A DNA stretch of 64,000 nt from an uncultured virus (IMG/VR IMGVR_UViG_3300040957_000063) (lineage: Duplodnaviria > Heunggongvirae > Uroviricota > Caudoviricetes). This document shows positions 49,760-60,152 of the stretch, piece after piece (the stretch's first letter is position 1; each line of letters opens with the position of its first letter). The stretch lies in the IMG/VR virus record IMGVR_UViG_3300040957_000063; one strand, given 5' to 3'. Position numbers and translations under genes: made by a program. The notes under the pieces were generated by a model. It saw only the letters and a program-made list of their open reading frames with translations. It had not been told where the DNA came from and did no database searches.

Positions 49760-50081
49760 CAAAGATGTGAAGGCAAACAGGGTTATTACATTTCCATACT
49801 GTATAATTATACACATCTTTTTTAAAAATTAGTTTTATATCATCGCTTCCACAATATTTGCACTTTGGTCTCACTTCTGCCATATTGGGTCACTCTTTTA
49901 ATCAGATGATTAATTAGGACCCAGAGTAAAAACTACTATTTAAAACTATCTATAGAAATTAACAAAAAAAAGTTGGGATTAGGATGGACAGGTCGGACAA
50001 ACCGTAACATTTATATATTAGATTATCTATATTTTTCTTTGTGCTTAGGCACATTGGATTGGAATGGATTGAAAAAGGTAG

Positions 50082-50441
50082 GTGATTGGATTGATAAAAG
50101 AAGTATTAGAACGAGTAAATGCCAAAATTATCAGAATTGTTTCATTAGAAGACGATGTTATTATAGATTATATAGACAATAGCGAACACCAACATCCTTT
50201 AAATAAATATAGATATGCTCATATTTTAAAAAGTGATTGGACATCTTCTAAAGAAAAAGTACCATTTTTTGCTTTGGAATTGCTTAAAAAGTCTCTTGTA
50301 AATGATACGCCAATAGATTTAGTTTTGGAACGAAGAAAAAATCCTAAAGTAACACCACCAGAATGGGATTATATCATTAAAGTTGGCGACTTAAAGGCAG
50401 TAAAAGAATTTAACTTTACACTAAAGACTGAAAAAAGTTAA
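50082..50441 (+). CDS. hypothetical protein
   Basis: 119 aa; segment similar to C-terminus of the 45367 ORF. Confidence 0.5.
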   Translation: MIGLIKEVLERVNAKIIRIVSLEDDVIIDYIDNSEHQHPLNKYRYAHILKSDWTSSKEKVPFFALELLKKSLVNDTPIDLVLERRKNPKVTPPEWDYIIKVGDLKAVKEFNFTLKTEKS

Positions 50442-50548
50442 CATAAAATAAATAACAGCCACATTTTCCTTATTTTTTGTTAAACGTAACCAAAAAATGT
50501 ATAAGGACAGCAAAACATTTAAATATTAGTGTCTGTCCTTAGTACATA

Positions 50549-50920
50549 GTGATTAAAATGCCATATAAAAGTAGCGATAAAAAACGTCAACATCAAAGAG
50601 ATTATGACCGAACACATAGAACCGAAAGGAAGGTATATCTTAAAAATTTAAGATTACGCGCTGTAGCAAAACTTGGTGGTAAATGTGTTAACTGTGGTTG
50701 TGATGATATTAATGCTTTAGAATTTAACCACATTAACGGCGGCGGAAATCAAGAGGGAAAAAAACATAAAGGTAATGGTTGGCGGTCAGCAACATTGTTT
50801 TATGAAATAATATCAGATAAAAGAACTGATATAGACCTTAGATGTAGAGTTTGTAATTCAGTTCATTACTTAGTAAAACTAAAGGGATTAAAAAATAGGT
50901 GGAAAATTATTTACACCTAA
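50549..50920 (+). CDS. HNH endonuclease (NHINGGG subfamily)
   Basis: Shares LGGKCVNCGCDDINALEFNHINGGG with the 17190 ORF. Confidence 0.85.
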   Translation: MIKMPYKSSDKKRQHQRDYDRTHRTERKVYLKNLRLRAVAKLGGKCVNCGCDDINALEFNHINGGGNQEGKKHKGNGWRSATLFYEIISDKRTDIDLRCRVCNSVHYLVKLKGLKNRWKIIYT

Positions 50921-52689
50921 CTTGGGCAAGTGGGACACGTACCATCTTCTTTTACAAGAAGCTGATATTGACGACTGTTATCTCGATAAACTGTTGTGCC
51001 TTTTATTTCAAGTTTCCACGCTTGCATATAGATTGATTCGATGTCGTGAATTGATGCGCCATTGGGTAGGTTTATTGTCTTAGAAACTGCATTGTTAGTG
51101 TACTTTTGGAATGCCGCTTGCATTTTCAAATGCCATTCTGGTGAAATCTCTGCTGATGTCCTTAGAACTTCTTTCATTTCTTTTGGCAGAACCACACAGT
51201 TTTTGCATTGGGTGTCAACAAGAGCTTTTTCAATATCTGGGGTCCAGAGACCTTTAAGCTCAAGCGAACGTTTAACTGAAGGATTAATTTCGACAAGATT
51301 CTTGCCTAAAGTTTCCTCGACATTTCGCCGTTGAACTACAGCAAAAATTGGCTCTATACCTGATGATGCATTAGCAATCAAGCTGATTGTTCCAGTTGGG
51401 GCGATTGTTGTAAGTGTTGCATTACGCATATATGGTTCTTTCTTGAATATGCTTTTGTCTTTGTTAGGGAAGTTTCCTTTCTCTTTGCCTAACGCGATTG
51501 AAACTCGCATAGCGGTTGAGAGCATGGACGACATTATTTTCTGGGAAAGTTCGATTGCCTCATCGCTATCATACTTGATTCCCATAAACATTAAGAGGTC
51601 AGCCCACCCCATTACGCCGAGACCTATTTTACGGTTAGCTATTGTTGCTTCTCGAATTTGTGGAAGAGGGTATTTATTGGCATCTACAACGTCATCTAAG
51701 AATCTAACAGCTATTGCGACTGACTTTTCGAACTTCTCGAAGTCAAAACTAACGTGCCCGTTTTTGTGGATGAATTTGCTAAGGTTCATTGAACCGAGAT
51801 TGCAAGATTCATATGGTAGAAGTGGAGTTTCGCCGCACGGATTAGTAGCTTCTATTTCACCTATCTCTGGTGTTGGATTAGCCTTGTTGATTGTGTCTAA
51901 AAATACAACTGCTGGTTCGCCGTTTTTCCAACTCATCAAGCAGAGAAGATTCCATATAGCTCGTGCTTTTATTGACTTTATTGGTTTGTCGGTTCTGGGG
52001 TTTATAAATTCGAAATCGCCGTCTTTTTCTACTGCCCGCATAAATTGGTCGGTTATTCCAACTGACAAATTAAAGTTGTGCAAAACACCTTCTGTTTCTT
52101 TCGCCATAATGAAGTCCATTATGTCTGGATGGTCCACACGCATAATTCCCATGTTTGCGCCACGCCGTTTGCCACCTTGCTTGATGACTTCGGTTGCGGC
52201 ATCGAACACAGTCATAAATGAGATAGGTCCAGATGCTACGCCGCCAGTTGATTTAACAACATCGGATTTTGGTCGTAGTCTTGAGAAAGAAAAGCCTGTT
52301 CCGCCACCAGATTTGTGTATCCGTGCGGTATAAGCTATAGCCTGAAAGATTTGGTCAATATCGTCTTCAACTGGAAGAACAAAACACGCTGATAGTTGAC
52401 CTAAATTCGTTCCAGCGTTCATTAACGTTGGGGAATTAGGCAAAAACTCAAGTCGAGTCATAATATTGAAGAATTCCTTTTCGGTTTGTTTTACAAATGC
52501 TTTATCTTTGCCATAGTTGTATTCTATTTCGGCAATTGCTTTAGCAACTCGCTTAAACATCTGAGTCGGGGTTTCAATGATTTCCCTGTTCTCGTCACGT
52601 TGTAAGTATCGTTGTTTTAGGATGAACCTCGCGTTTTCAGAGAGATTTAGAGCCTTGTCACTTTGTTTTTGTGGTTTCAAATTAATCAC
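50917..52689 (-). CDS. nrdJ: class II (B12-dependent) ribonucleotide reductase
   Basis: PNSPTLMNAG; LSACF; RRGANMG; TNPCGE; IAPTG; C-terminal CPTC. Confidence 0.92.
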   Translation of the reverse strand: MINLKPQKQSDKALNLSENARFILKQRYLQRDENREIIETPTQMFKRVAKAIAEIEYNYGKDKAFVKQTEKEFFNIMTRLEFLPNSPTLMNAGTNLGQLSACFVLPVEDDIDQIFQAIAYTARIHKSGGGTGFSFSRLRPKSDVVKSTGGVASGPISFMTVFDAATEVIKQGGKRRGANMGIMRVDHPDIMDFIMAKETEGVLHNFNLSVGITDQFMRAVEKDGDFEFINPRTDKPIKSIKARAIWNLLCLMSWKNGEPAVVFLDTINKANPTPEIGEIEATNPCGETPLLPYESCNLGSMNLSKFIHKNGHVSFDFEKFEKSVAIAVRFLDDVVDANKYPLPQIREATIANRKIGLGVMGWADLLMFMGIKYDSDEAIELSQKIMSSMLSTAMRVSIALGKEKGNFPNKDKSIFKKEPYMRNATLTTIAPTGTISLIANASSGIEPIFAVVQRRNVEETLGKNLVEINPSVKRSLELKGLWTPDIEKALVDTQCKNCVVLPKEMKEVLRTSAEISPEWHLKMQAAFQKYTNNAVSKTINLPNGASIHDIESIYMQAWKLEIKGTTVYRDNSRQYQLLVKEDGTCPTCPS

Positions 52690-52734
52690 CTAATCGATTA
52701 GGGAGAAATATAATCGCTTTTCCCTATTTAAGCC

Positions 52735-53262
52735 TTATGGTTGCTTTTTACCATTTTTGTTTTTTAGTTTGCTTTCCATCCAAAGGTTTTCTTTGATTTT
52801 GAAGTCTGGGTTAACGTCATAATGCCTGTAATTATCGGGTATTCCATCGTAAACTTCAGCAATTCCAGATTGAATTATGTATCTTCGGCACATCGGGCAC
52901 GGAATTTCAGATTTACCGTGTTGTTCGGCTACAAACATTATAGCTCCTACCAGAGATACACCAATTCTTCCAGCATTAAAGATTGCATTTTGTTCAGCGT
53001 GAACGGCGGGGCAATTATCATATCGGGATAGTTCGTTTAGACCAACTACGCCTTGAATGTTGTTTGGGTCGCCATTAACGTCTTTTAGGCACGGTATATC
53101 TACACCGCAATTGAGGCATCCTCGTGCTGTTCCATTATAGCCAGAAGAGACAATAGTATCGTCTTTTACTATAACTGCACCAAAATGTCTATGTGCACAG
53201 GTGCTATCTTCAGAGATTTTCTGTGCCCATTTCAAGTATCGATTAATTTTTTTGTGTTCCAT
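52735..53262 (-). CDS. dCMP deaminase
   Basis: STC..GAVIV..GYNG..HAEQNA..PCPMC. Confidence 0.85.
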   Translation of the reverse strand: MEHKKINRYLKWAQKISEDSTCAHRHFGAVIVKDDTIVSSGYNGTARGCLNCGVDIPCLKDVNGDPNNIQGVVGLNELSRYDNCPAVHAEQNAIFNAGRIGVSLVGAIMFVAEQHGKSEIPCPMCRRYIIQSGIAEVYDGIPDNYRHYDVNPDFKIKENLWMESKLKNKNGKKQP

Positions 53263-53666
53263 TATTCCATTTCCTTCAGTATTTTATCTGCAAGGGTTTT
53301 AAGTTCGTCAAACTCTTCCTTTGTGTATCCGCTATTATGGACCCAATTGGCAAGTTGTTTTCCGAGCTTTGCGTGTTTTTCGAGTTTGTCTTTGTCTGGA
53401 ATCATTTGCCTGACTTCATTAGAAGCCATGCTTAGACCGTTCTTTTGTCCTTCGAACCATCTGATAAGTTCTCTTTCAGCCGCCAATTGCTTAATTGCAT
53501 TTGTGTCCCTTCCATAGACTTCTTCTAAGGAAAGTTCTTTTGTATGTGAATAAACAATTTTGCCTATAGCTGTATAGTGAGCTTCAATAGCTTTCTCTGT
53601 ATCCTGACCCATAGAAAATAGCTTTGTTTGGAGAGCTTCTTTTGGACTATTATCCTTATCTGTCAT
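53262..53666 (-). CDS. hypothetical protein
   Basis: 134-aa ORF coupled to the deaminase. Confidence 0.6.
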   Translation of the reverse strand: MTDKDNSPKEALQTKLFSMGQDTEKAIEAHYTAIGKIVYSHTKELSLEEVYGRDTNAIKQLAAERELIRWFEGQKNGLSMASNEVRQMIPDKDKLEKHAKLGKQLANWVHNSGYTKEEFDELKTLADKILKEME

Positions 53667-54045
53667 ATTATCACTTTATAGTAGGGAGATATGAGTTGCG
53701 GTATATAAACGTTGCGGATGAATGACCATCCTCAATTGTGCGGGGGCGGGGGCATTAAGGGTATGTTAGTTTAGTATTAGTAGTTGGTTCCCCCTATGTT
53801 ACCCCTTCCTTAATATTTTTATTGATACTTCATCATCATTTCATCTATTAAAAGAATTTGGTGTTGCGGCTTTGGCTCAGACTTACATTGGGTAGGATGG
53901 TTTAAATCCTTTCAATAATTAACTCTTCATAATAACGTTTATAATCCAAGTATTGGCACAAACATTTATGGAGTTTTTAGTCGTGGGTCGATGCAATGAA
54001 ACTGTCACCAAATTGTTAGTGAATAAACTATAAACAACGAAGTAT

Positions 54046-54474
54046 TTAAGCCTTATGGATATTATATAGTTCGGGATGATGAATAGGACAGAATTGAACT
54101 TTAGTTTGTCCTTTAGCCATATTACAATTATAACACAAAACTTGAAATCCATTTGGGTAATTATTTCTTTTAAGCCAATAATATAGGTGAGAACCATTCC
54201 CACCAATTTTTCTACGATGTTCATGTCCATCGCCGTTAATATGGTCAATACTAAGAAATCTAACTTCAAGTTCACCACAACAGGCACAAATAGGCGGATT
54301 GTTACTATAATGAATAAGCACTTCTAATTTGAGTTTTTGTTGATACCGTTTTATGATTTCTGGGTTATTTTTTTGATAATCCTTTATTCGTTGTATTACT
54401 TCTGGTCGCTGATAATATTCTTTTCTATATTTTTTCCTTTTTATTGGGTCTTTCCACGGCATATATATCATCAT
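54046..54474 (-). CDS. HNH endonuclease
   Basis: PPICACCGE..FLSIDHINGDG..FQVLCYNCN. Confidence 0.85.
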   Translation of the reverse strand: MMIYMPWKDPIKRKKYRKEYYQRPEVIQRIKDYQKNNPEIIKRYQQKLKLEVLIHYSNNPPICACCGELEVRFLSIDHINGDGHEHRRKIGGNGSHLYYWLKRNNYPNGFQVLCYNCNMAKGQTKVQFCPIHHPELYNIHKA

Positions 54475-54567
54475 AAGAATATATATCCCTCAAGTATTTA
54501 AGTGTTATGGTTTTATAAACGTAATGCTTAAATAGGTGGTTGTTCTTTATATTAATGGATTTTAATA

Positions 54568-54906
54568 ATGATTGACCCGTTATATGAACAATATAAGAAA
54601 GATTTTCTCTATAAAGTTGGCGAAGTCGGGAAGGTTACTTCTCAACGTATGCCAGACATTAATGATGTATCAGCCGATGAATTAGAAAAAATAATCTTTA
54701 GTTATTGGCACGAGATGAATATTTGGGAACAATATTCTGGGTCTGGGCAAATGAATTTCTATTATAACTGTATAGAGCGTTGGATTGAATTGCTTGGAAT
54801 AGACGATGTAGATGCAAAATTTGATGAGTGGTATTCTAAGAGGAAGATAATGTGTAAGGAATTGGAGTTAGAAATAAGCGGAAAAGAAGAGGTCCAATTT
54901 ACCTAA
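54568..54906 (+). CDS. hypothetical protein
   Basis: 112-aa ORF with TATA. Confidence 0.55.
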   Translation: MIDPLYEQYKKDFLYKVGEVGKVTSQRMPDINDVSADELEKIIFSYWHEMNIWEQYSGSGQMNFYYNCIERWIELLGIDDVDAKFDEWYSKRKIMCKELELEISGKEEVQFT

Positions 54907-54970
54907 ATTAATTGAGTATGTTGGTTCTACCGCAAAGTTTATATACCTGTTTGGCACCAGTAGATAGTAG

Positions 54971-55708
54971 ATGATATATATGAGTTTGAAAAAAGGCGAT
55001 TTCGTAACCTTCGATTATACAGCGAAGATTAAAGAATCAGACGAAGTTTTCGATACTACCATTGAGGAAGTTGCAAAAACAGCAAAATTGAAGAATCAAG
55101 GAGATAAATATGAATCTCGTCTTGTCGTTTTAGGCGAAGGATGGGTTCTAAAGTCTATTGATGACGCACTTTTGAAGTTGAAAGTTGGAGAAACTTCACT
55201 TATTGAGATAGCCCCTGAGAATGCATTCGGAAAAAGAAACAATGAATTGGTCAAAACTGTTTCATTGACAAGTTTGACCGAGAAAGGCATAAGACCTGTA
55301 GCTGGTATGCGTCTGCAAAGCGGTGGAAAAACTGTTATGGTGCGGTCTGTAGGTGCTGGTAGAGTTGTTTTAGACTACAATCATAGTCTTGCTGGTCGAA
55401 CTTTGATTTACGAAGTAACTTTGAAATCTGTTTTGACTGAGATAAAAGAAAGAATCTTAGGGTTAATTCATAGAAGAATACCCACAGTTGAAGCAAGCAA
55501 GTTCTTAGTTCACGTTACGGCAAAAGCTATTAACGTTCATATGCCCCCAGAAACTTTGAACACCGAAGGAATTCAACAGATAAAACGCGGTATTTCACAG
55601 GAGATTTTCAAATTCTTCCCAGAAATCCAATCTGTAAACTATCTCGAAGCGTTCGAAGCCCCTACTAAAATAACAAAACCGACAGTTCCCGACACAAAAA
55701 CAGTATAG
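54971..55708 (+). CDS. archaeal long-type FKBP peptidyl-prolyl isomerase (SlyD-like)
   Basis: GDFV.FDYT..FDTT..G.GWV..PENAFG.R..DYNH.LAGRTL.YEV. Confidence 0.9.
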   Translation: MIYMSLKKGDFVTFDYTAKIKESDEVFDTTIEEVAKTAKLKNQGDKYESRLVVLGEGWVLKSIDDALLKLKVGETSLIEIAPENAFGKRNNELVKTVSLTSLTEKGIRPVAGMRLQSGGKTVMVRSVGAGRVVLDYNHSLAGRTLIYEVTLKSVLTEIKERILGLIHRRIPTVEASKFLVHVTAKAINVHMPPETLNTEGIQQIKRGISQEIFKFFPEIQSVNYLEAFEAPTKITKPTVPDTKTV

Positions 55709-55762
55709 TAAAAACGTAAGATTTAAATACCCCGACATCATATCTATAGATAGTGAATTTAA

Positions 55763-56698
55763 ATGGCAAAAGAACCTAAAGCGTCCAAAGTTTGGAAGCC
55801 AAAGATGAAATTGTGGGACGGAACATCCGTTCACGCTTCTCTTGATACCCTTATGATGCAAGACATTATGCTTAAACTCTGCAAATTAGGATTTGATGCA
55901 GAACACAAAGCGTGGTGGAGTTTTGAAGACTTACACAATGGCAAAGTAGCCTTTGTTACTCACACAAGACGGTTAGGAGCTATTAATCCATATTCAATCA
56001 GCCAAAGAGATGCCGAGAAATGGCAACTCGATATGTATTCAGGGAAACTACCTCGAAACGTTGCTATGCAAGTCGCGGCTCACGGGCACTCTACTCGTGG
56101 TTCGATAGACGATGACCCATTTTTAATTTTAAATGCCCCCTGTTGGTGTACTTTTCTTGAGTACCCTAAAGCAAACGCAAACTTCGCTCATTACCAGACA
56201 GATATAGGCGCAACATTCATCATTGTAACTAAAGAAGGCAGAATCAGGACCCAGAAATGGCTATATAAGCCTTTTGTCTATGACCACAATGAGAAAAAGA
56301 TTTATGATGCTATAGAAGTTGACCCTAAGAAATACATTGACGGTTGCAATGGTAAAATTGACATTGAAAACTACTTTAAAGTGATGTGCGCTGACGCTAA
56401 GTTCATTGTAGCTGTAGTGGCAGACTTTCACGTAGGAGAAGTTGCCGCAATTGCGCCACCGCAATACACATACAATGGACAGACATTCCAAGTTCCATAC
56501 ACAGCCGCAAATGAAAGATTATTCAATTATTGGAAGAATTTTGTTGCAGTTTGCAAGATGATAAAGCCAAATGAAATCTGGGTAGTCGGAGATGCCTGTT
56601 GTGGAACACAAATATTCGAGAAAACAAGACGAAGCAACACACAGAACCTTGAAGAACAGAAGGCGCAATTTGTTGAGTTATTTAAAGAGTTTCTTTAA
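55763..56698 (+). CDS. calcineurin-like metallophosphoesterase, circularly permuted
   Basis: Motifs in order GTSVH, TH, AHGH, DFHVG, GDACCG. Confidence 0.7.
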   Translation: MAKEPKASKVWKPKMKLWDGTSVHASLDTLMMQDIMLKLCKLGFDAEHKAWWSFEDLHNGKVAFVTHTRRLGAINPYSISQRDAEKWQLDMYSGKLPRNVAMQVAAHGHSTRGSIDDDPFLILNAPCWCTFLEYPKANANFAHYQTDIGATFIIVTKEGRIRTQKWLYKPFVYDHNEKKIYDAIEVDPKKYIDGCNGKIDIENYFKVMCADAKFIVAVVADFHVGEVAAIAPPQYTYNGQTFQVPYTAANERLFNYWKNFVAVCKMIKPNEIWVVGDACCGTQIFEKTRRSNTQNLEEQKAQFVELFKEFL

Positions 56699-57194
56699 AT
56701 AATATCTTTCTGTTAGTTTCTTTTTTTTCTACTCTTTTTATCCAATTACAGTTAGCACAAAGCAATTGATAGTCTGTTGAGCCGTTTTTGACTTTCTCAA
56801 GAATTACTTTAAGAGTTTTATATGGATATTTATTTTCTTTTCTTTCTATATATCCATTACCATGAACGTGGTCTATCTGTAAACACGCATAATTATTACA
56901 CCAATCAGGATGGGGTAATAAATTAAATGGATTAACACATTTACCACCAAGTAGTTTAATTATTTCTTCTCTTAATGAACGAAATTTCTCATATGATTTT
57001 TTTGATTCTTCTTCTCGTTGTCGTAAATATCTTTCATGTCTTAGTTTAAGAAGATGTTCTTTATTTTCTGAATATCGGTCTGCTGAATCTTGGAGTTTTC
57101 CAGTTTTATTCTCAAGATACCAAATATGTTGATATTCTTTCATATATTCTTTTTTGTTGGTTGCTTTGATATTTCGTTTCATATTTATCATCAT
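56682..57194 (-). CDS. HNH endonuclease
   Basis: LGGKCVNP..CLQIDHVHGNG..YQLLCANCN. Confidence 0.85.
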   Translation of the reverse strand: MMINMKRNIKATNKKEYMKEYQHIWYLENKTGKLQDSADRYSENKEHLLKLRHERYLRQREEESKKSYEKFRSLREEIIKLLGGKCVNPFNLLPHPDWCNNYACLQIDHVHGNGYIERKENKYPYKTLKVILEKVKNGSTDYQLLCANCNWIKRVEKKETNRKILFKETL

Positions 57195-57299
57195 ATACTA
57201 TAATAGCAATCAAATATTTAAGTCTTTCGGAACAAAATAAGTTTTGTTATTCAAATAATAAAACCGTAATACTTATATATGTCGGCGGAATAATAATCT

Positions 57300-57584
57300 A
57301 TGATAAAAATGAATAAGACCGAAGACTTTTCAGAGTGGTTTGACGGGCAGTTTCTTTGTAGCCGAGATGAGGCTTCCCAGCTAATGATGTCTGAGAACAA
57401 AACCGTTAAGGGCAAATACCTTAGAATAAAAAAGGTTTGCCTTTTTATTTTATCTAACCCAACAATAAAAGACGAGGATATTCGCAAAGAAATCGCTATG
57501 ATGTTCTTTGTTTCAATGCGTTGTGCTCTGGATTATCTTAATTACTCTAAAATAGTTATTGATAAATACAACCATAAGATTTAA
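57300..57584 (+). CDS. small HTH-like protein
   Basis: IAMMFFVSMRCALDYL resembles an HTH. Confidence 0.45.
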   Translation: MIKMNKTEDFSEWFDGQFLCSRDEASQLMMSENKTVKGKYLRIKKVCLFILSNPTIKDEDIRKEIAMMFFVSMRCALDYLNYSKIVIDKYNHKI

Positions 57585-57611
57585 ATAGTAGAATGATTCT
57601 TATATTATCAA

Positions 57612-58007
57612 ATGGTGAGATATATGGTTAGTTTACCAATACCCGCATCTCTTAGCAACAAGCTAAAAGGCTACGTTGGATTGGCTCTCGTTGTCATTGG
57701 GGTTGTTTCCTCAGTTGCACAAGGGTTCAATGCAGTAGGATTGGTTTCCACTCTCGGTGGAATTACTTTAGCAGTTGATGGCTTCGAAGAATTCATTACT
57801 GGCAATGTGGTTCAAGGCGCACAAGACATTCAAACTGGTGTTAAAGAAACAGCAACAGCCGCTCCATCAGTACCATCAGAAGTTAAAGCAGTTGCAAAAG
57901 AAGTAGAAGCAAACCCAGCACAGGCAGTAGCTACAGTCGTTCCAATTGTTGAGGAAGCAAAACCCAAAGTTGAAGCGGCAGTAGAAGAAGCTAAGAGTTC
58001 AAGTTAA
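57612..58007 (+). CDS. membrane protein with Ala/Glu/Val-rich tail
   Basis: N-terminal hydrophobic helices. Confidence 0.6.
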   Translation: MVRYMVSLPIPASLSNKLKGYVGLALVVIGVVSSVAQGFNAVGLVSTLGGITLAVDGFEEFITGNVVQGAQDIQTGVKETATAAPSVPSEVKAVAKEVEANPAQAVATVVPIVEEAKPKVEAAVEEAKSSS

Positions 58008-58132
58008 GAGAAATCTTAACAACAAGTTTGAATTATACCGTAAGGTATATTTTTCTTTTTTATTTTGAATATGTTGATTATACCGCAATCTTTATATAGT
58101 TCGGTTTACACTACTTATTCAAGGTTAAAAAT

Positions 58133-58723
58133 ATGGCATCAAATGAAAATGAAGAAAAGCTAACAAAGTCAAGTTTTGTTAACCCTAAAGATTACGAACC
58201 ACAAAAAGAGAAACCAGTACCACAGACAGTAGCTAACGTTATTAAAATCGGCGACAGAGAAGTACCTGTTCTAAAACCAGATATTGCACTAACTCTCATT
58301 TATGGCAAACTTAATGAAGTCGTTGCAGAGTTAAAGATGTTGAACGCAACATTTTCGAAAGCGGCATCTTCATCTACAACTTTCCAGAATAATGCACAAA
58401 CACCAACAGTTACACCGACTAATATAGGAGCACCAACACCAGCATCAACACCTACGGCACCAGCATCTACTCCAAGTACAGCACCAGCATCACAGCAATC
58501 TCCAAGAGTAACAGAAATACTAACTGGTCTTGAGGCAGTAAAAGACTTGCTTATCATAGACGTAGATAGCTCGGCGATGTTCGTTATCGTTAGACCATCA
58601 AAGTTTCTCGGCTCAGAGAATTTCTCTAAGGTTGCTTCAGCGATTCGTGAACTTGGCGGACAATATGTTTCCGCTGGCAAGAATAGCCACTTTACGATTC
58701 CAAAAGCTCCGAAGAAACAATAA
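58133..58723 (+). CDS. hypothetical protein with Pro/Thr linker and compact C-terminal domain
   Basis: TPAS repeats; P.KFLGSENF..GGQYVSAGK.SHF. Confidence 0.65.
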   Translation: MASNENEEKLTKSSFVNPKDYEPQKEKPVPQTVANVIKIGDREVPVLKPDIALTLIYGKLNEVVAELKMLNATFSKAASSSTTFQNNAQTPTVTPTNIGAPTPASTPTAPASTPSTAPASQQSPRVTEILTGLEAVKDLLIIDVDSSAMFVIVRPSKFLGSENFSKVASAIRELGGQYVSAGKNSHFTIPKAPKKQ

Positions 58724-58817
58724 AACCTCTTTTTTTTTCTTTTTTTATACTATTTTTGTTTAGTGTAAACGATACATTTAAATAGTAGTTTTACCTTTCA
58801 CTTCATAACGTAGTGAT

Positions 58818-59438
58818 GTGAATATGGCAGAATCCGTTGATAAGGTCATTGAATGGTATCTTAAAGAAGTTGAGATTACCGAGACAGCGATAAAACCTAA
58901 GACTCTCGATATGAGTGTAATTGAGTGGTACTTAGAAGAGTCTGGAATCGGTCATCCAAAGATAATCCATGTTGACCCTAATCTTGTTCATTTTAGTGAA
59001 AAGTTTGATGGAGCAAAAAGGGACCGACTATACAAACGGGCTAAAGATTTCTTGAAAATGAAGAAACGTGGAGAGACTATTCCCCCGATTGTTGTCTATG
59101 AAAACCCTGACGGCTCACACGAAATTCACGATGGTCACGCAAGAGTTGTAGCATTCAGGAGAATGGGCATAAGAGATGTCCCAGCAGTTGCTATTCCAAG
59201 AGGCGGAAATCCAGCGGCAAGTAGCGTTCCATCAAGTTCTTCAGCTTATCCATCAAGTTCATCCTCAAGTTCAAGTTCGTCCTCAAGTTCAGAACCAAGT
59301 AGCGAAAAACATCTTATGCATATAGTTGCAAAGACACCAAGTTCGAGCGAAGAGTCAAGTAAATCAAGTGAGTCAAGTAAAAATGCATCTTCAGGAATGA
59401 CAGGTCCAAGTTATTCAAGCGAGCCACACCACTCTTAA
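58818..59438 (+). CDS. ParB/Srx-like domain protein with Ser-rich tail
   Basis: PPIVV...IHDGHARV.A. Confidence 0.75.
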   Translation: MNMAESVDKVIEWYLKEVEITETAIKPKTLDMSVIEWYLEESGIGHPKIIHVDPNLVHFSEKFDGAKRDRLYKRAKDFLKMKKRGETIPPIVVYENPDGSHEIHDGHARVVAFRRMGIRDVPAVAIPRGGNPAASSVPSSSSAYPSSSSSSSSSSSSSEPSSEKHLMHIVAKTPSSSEESSKSSESSKNASSGMTGPSYSSEPHHS

Positions 59439-59537
59439 AAACTCAATTTTTTAATCAGTTGTTTAACACATTTTGATAGTGTTAGGCATAAGATTTAAAT
59501 ACTCCATTACATATCTCTTCATATGTAGTGACCTTAA

Positions 59538-59879
59538 ATGGCTGAAATTGAAAACGAAGAATGGTATTCTATATATGAAGGAGAAGCACTTACTATTGAA
59601 GAATCAAAATTATCTTATGCTGAACGTGCAAATCTTTCAGCAAGTGCGTTCTGTGGACCTGACCGTTCATTCCCAGCCCACGATGCGGCTCACGTTCGTA
59701 ACGGTTTAGCACGATTGAAGAATTCACATTTTTCACCAGCTATCAAAGCCCGAATTATGGCTTGCCTACGAAGACGAGCAAAGAAATATGGCATTGAAGT
59801 TAACGAATCAGAACAAATGGCTGTGCCAGAAAACAGGGACGATGTAATAGCTTGGTACCTGAAAGAACAGGGGATTTAA
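59538..59879 (+). CDS. head-associated small protein
   Basis: ER..L..S.F..PDRSFP.HDAAHVRN.LAR domain, familiar from viral head modules. Confidence 0.65.
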   Translation: MAEIENEEWYSIYEGEALTIEESKLSYAERANLSASAFCGPDRSFPAHDAAHVRNGLARLKNSHFSPAIKARIMACLRRRAKKYGIEVNESEQMAVPENRDDVIAWYLKEQGI

Positions 59880-59882
59880 AAA

Positions 59883-60137
59883 ATGAGTGACGCACAAACA
59901 GCGAATCAGGCAAGTAATTCACAAGTAAAAGCTAATTCTACCCATAACACATTAGATGCTATAGACCACGAGCAAAACTTAGAGACTCAACGTCAGAAAC
60001 GCAAAGATTCCGCGATTCCAGTATTTAACCCAGCAAACTTCGCACGAAAAAATTGCTCAGATAATGGTAACAAACAGCCTCAAGATGTTTCAGACGAATA
60101 TTCAATTAAAGAATCAAAAGACAAAGATTGTCCTTAA
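59883..60137 (+). CDS. small hydrophilic head-module protein
   Basis: Operonic ORF. Confidence 0.5.
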   Translation: MSDAQTANQASNSQVKANSTHNTLDAIDHEQNLETQRQKRKDSAIPVFNPANFARKNCSDNGNKQPQDVSDEYSIKESKDKDCP

Positions 60138-60152
60138 ACTACGGTGACTTAA

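Noticed and set aside
51443..52333. 296-aa plus-strand ORF and similar antisense ORFs
   Set aside because: Shadow frames of nrdJ, polB and tail genes with no motifs
52735..53262. tRNA-editing deaminase explaining A34 or C33
   Set aside because: Motifs and position beside nrdJ fit an ordinary dCMP deaminase
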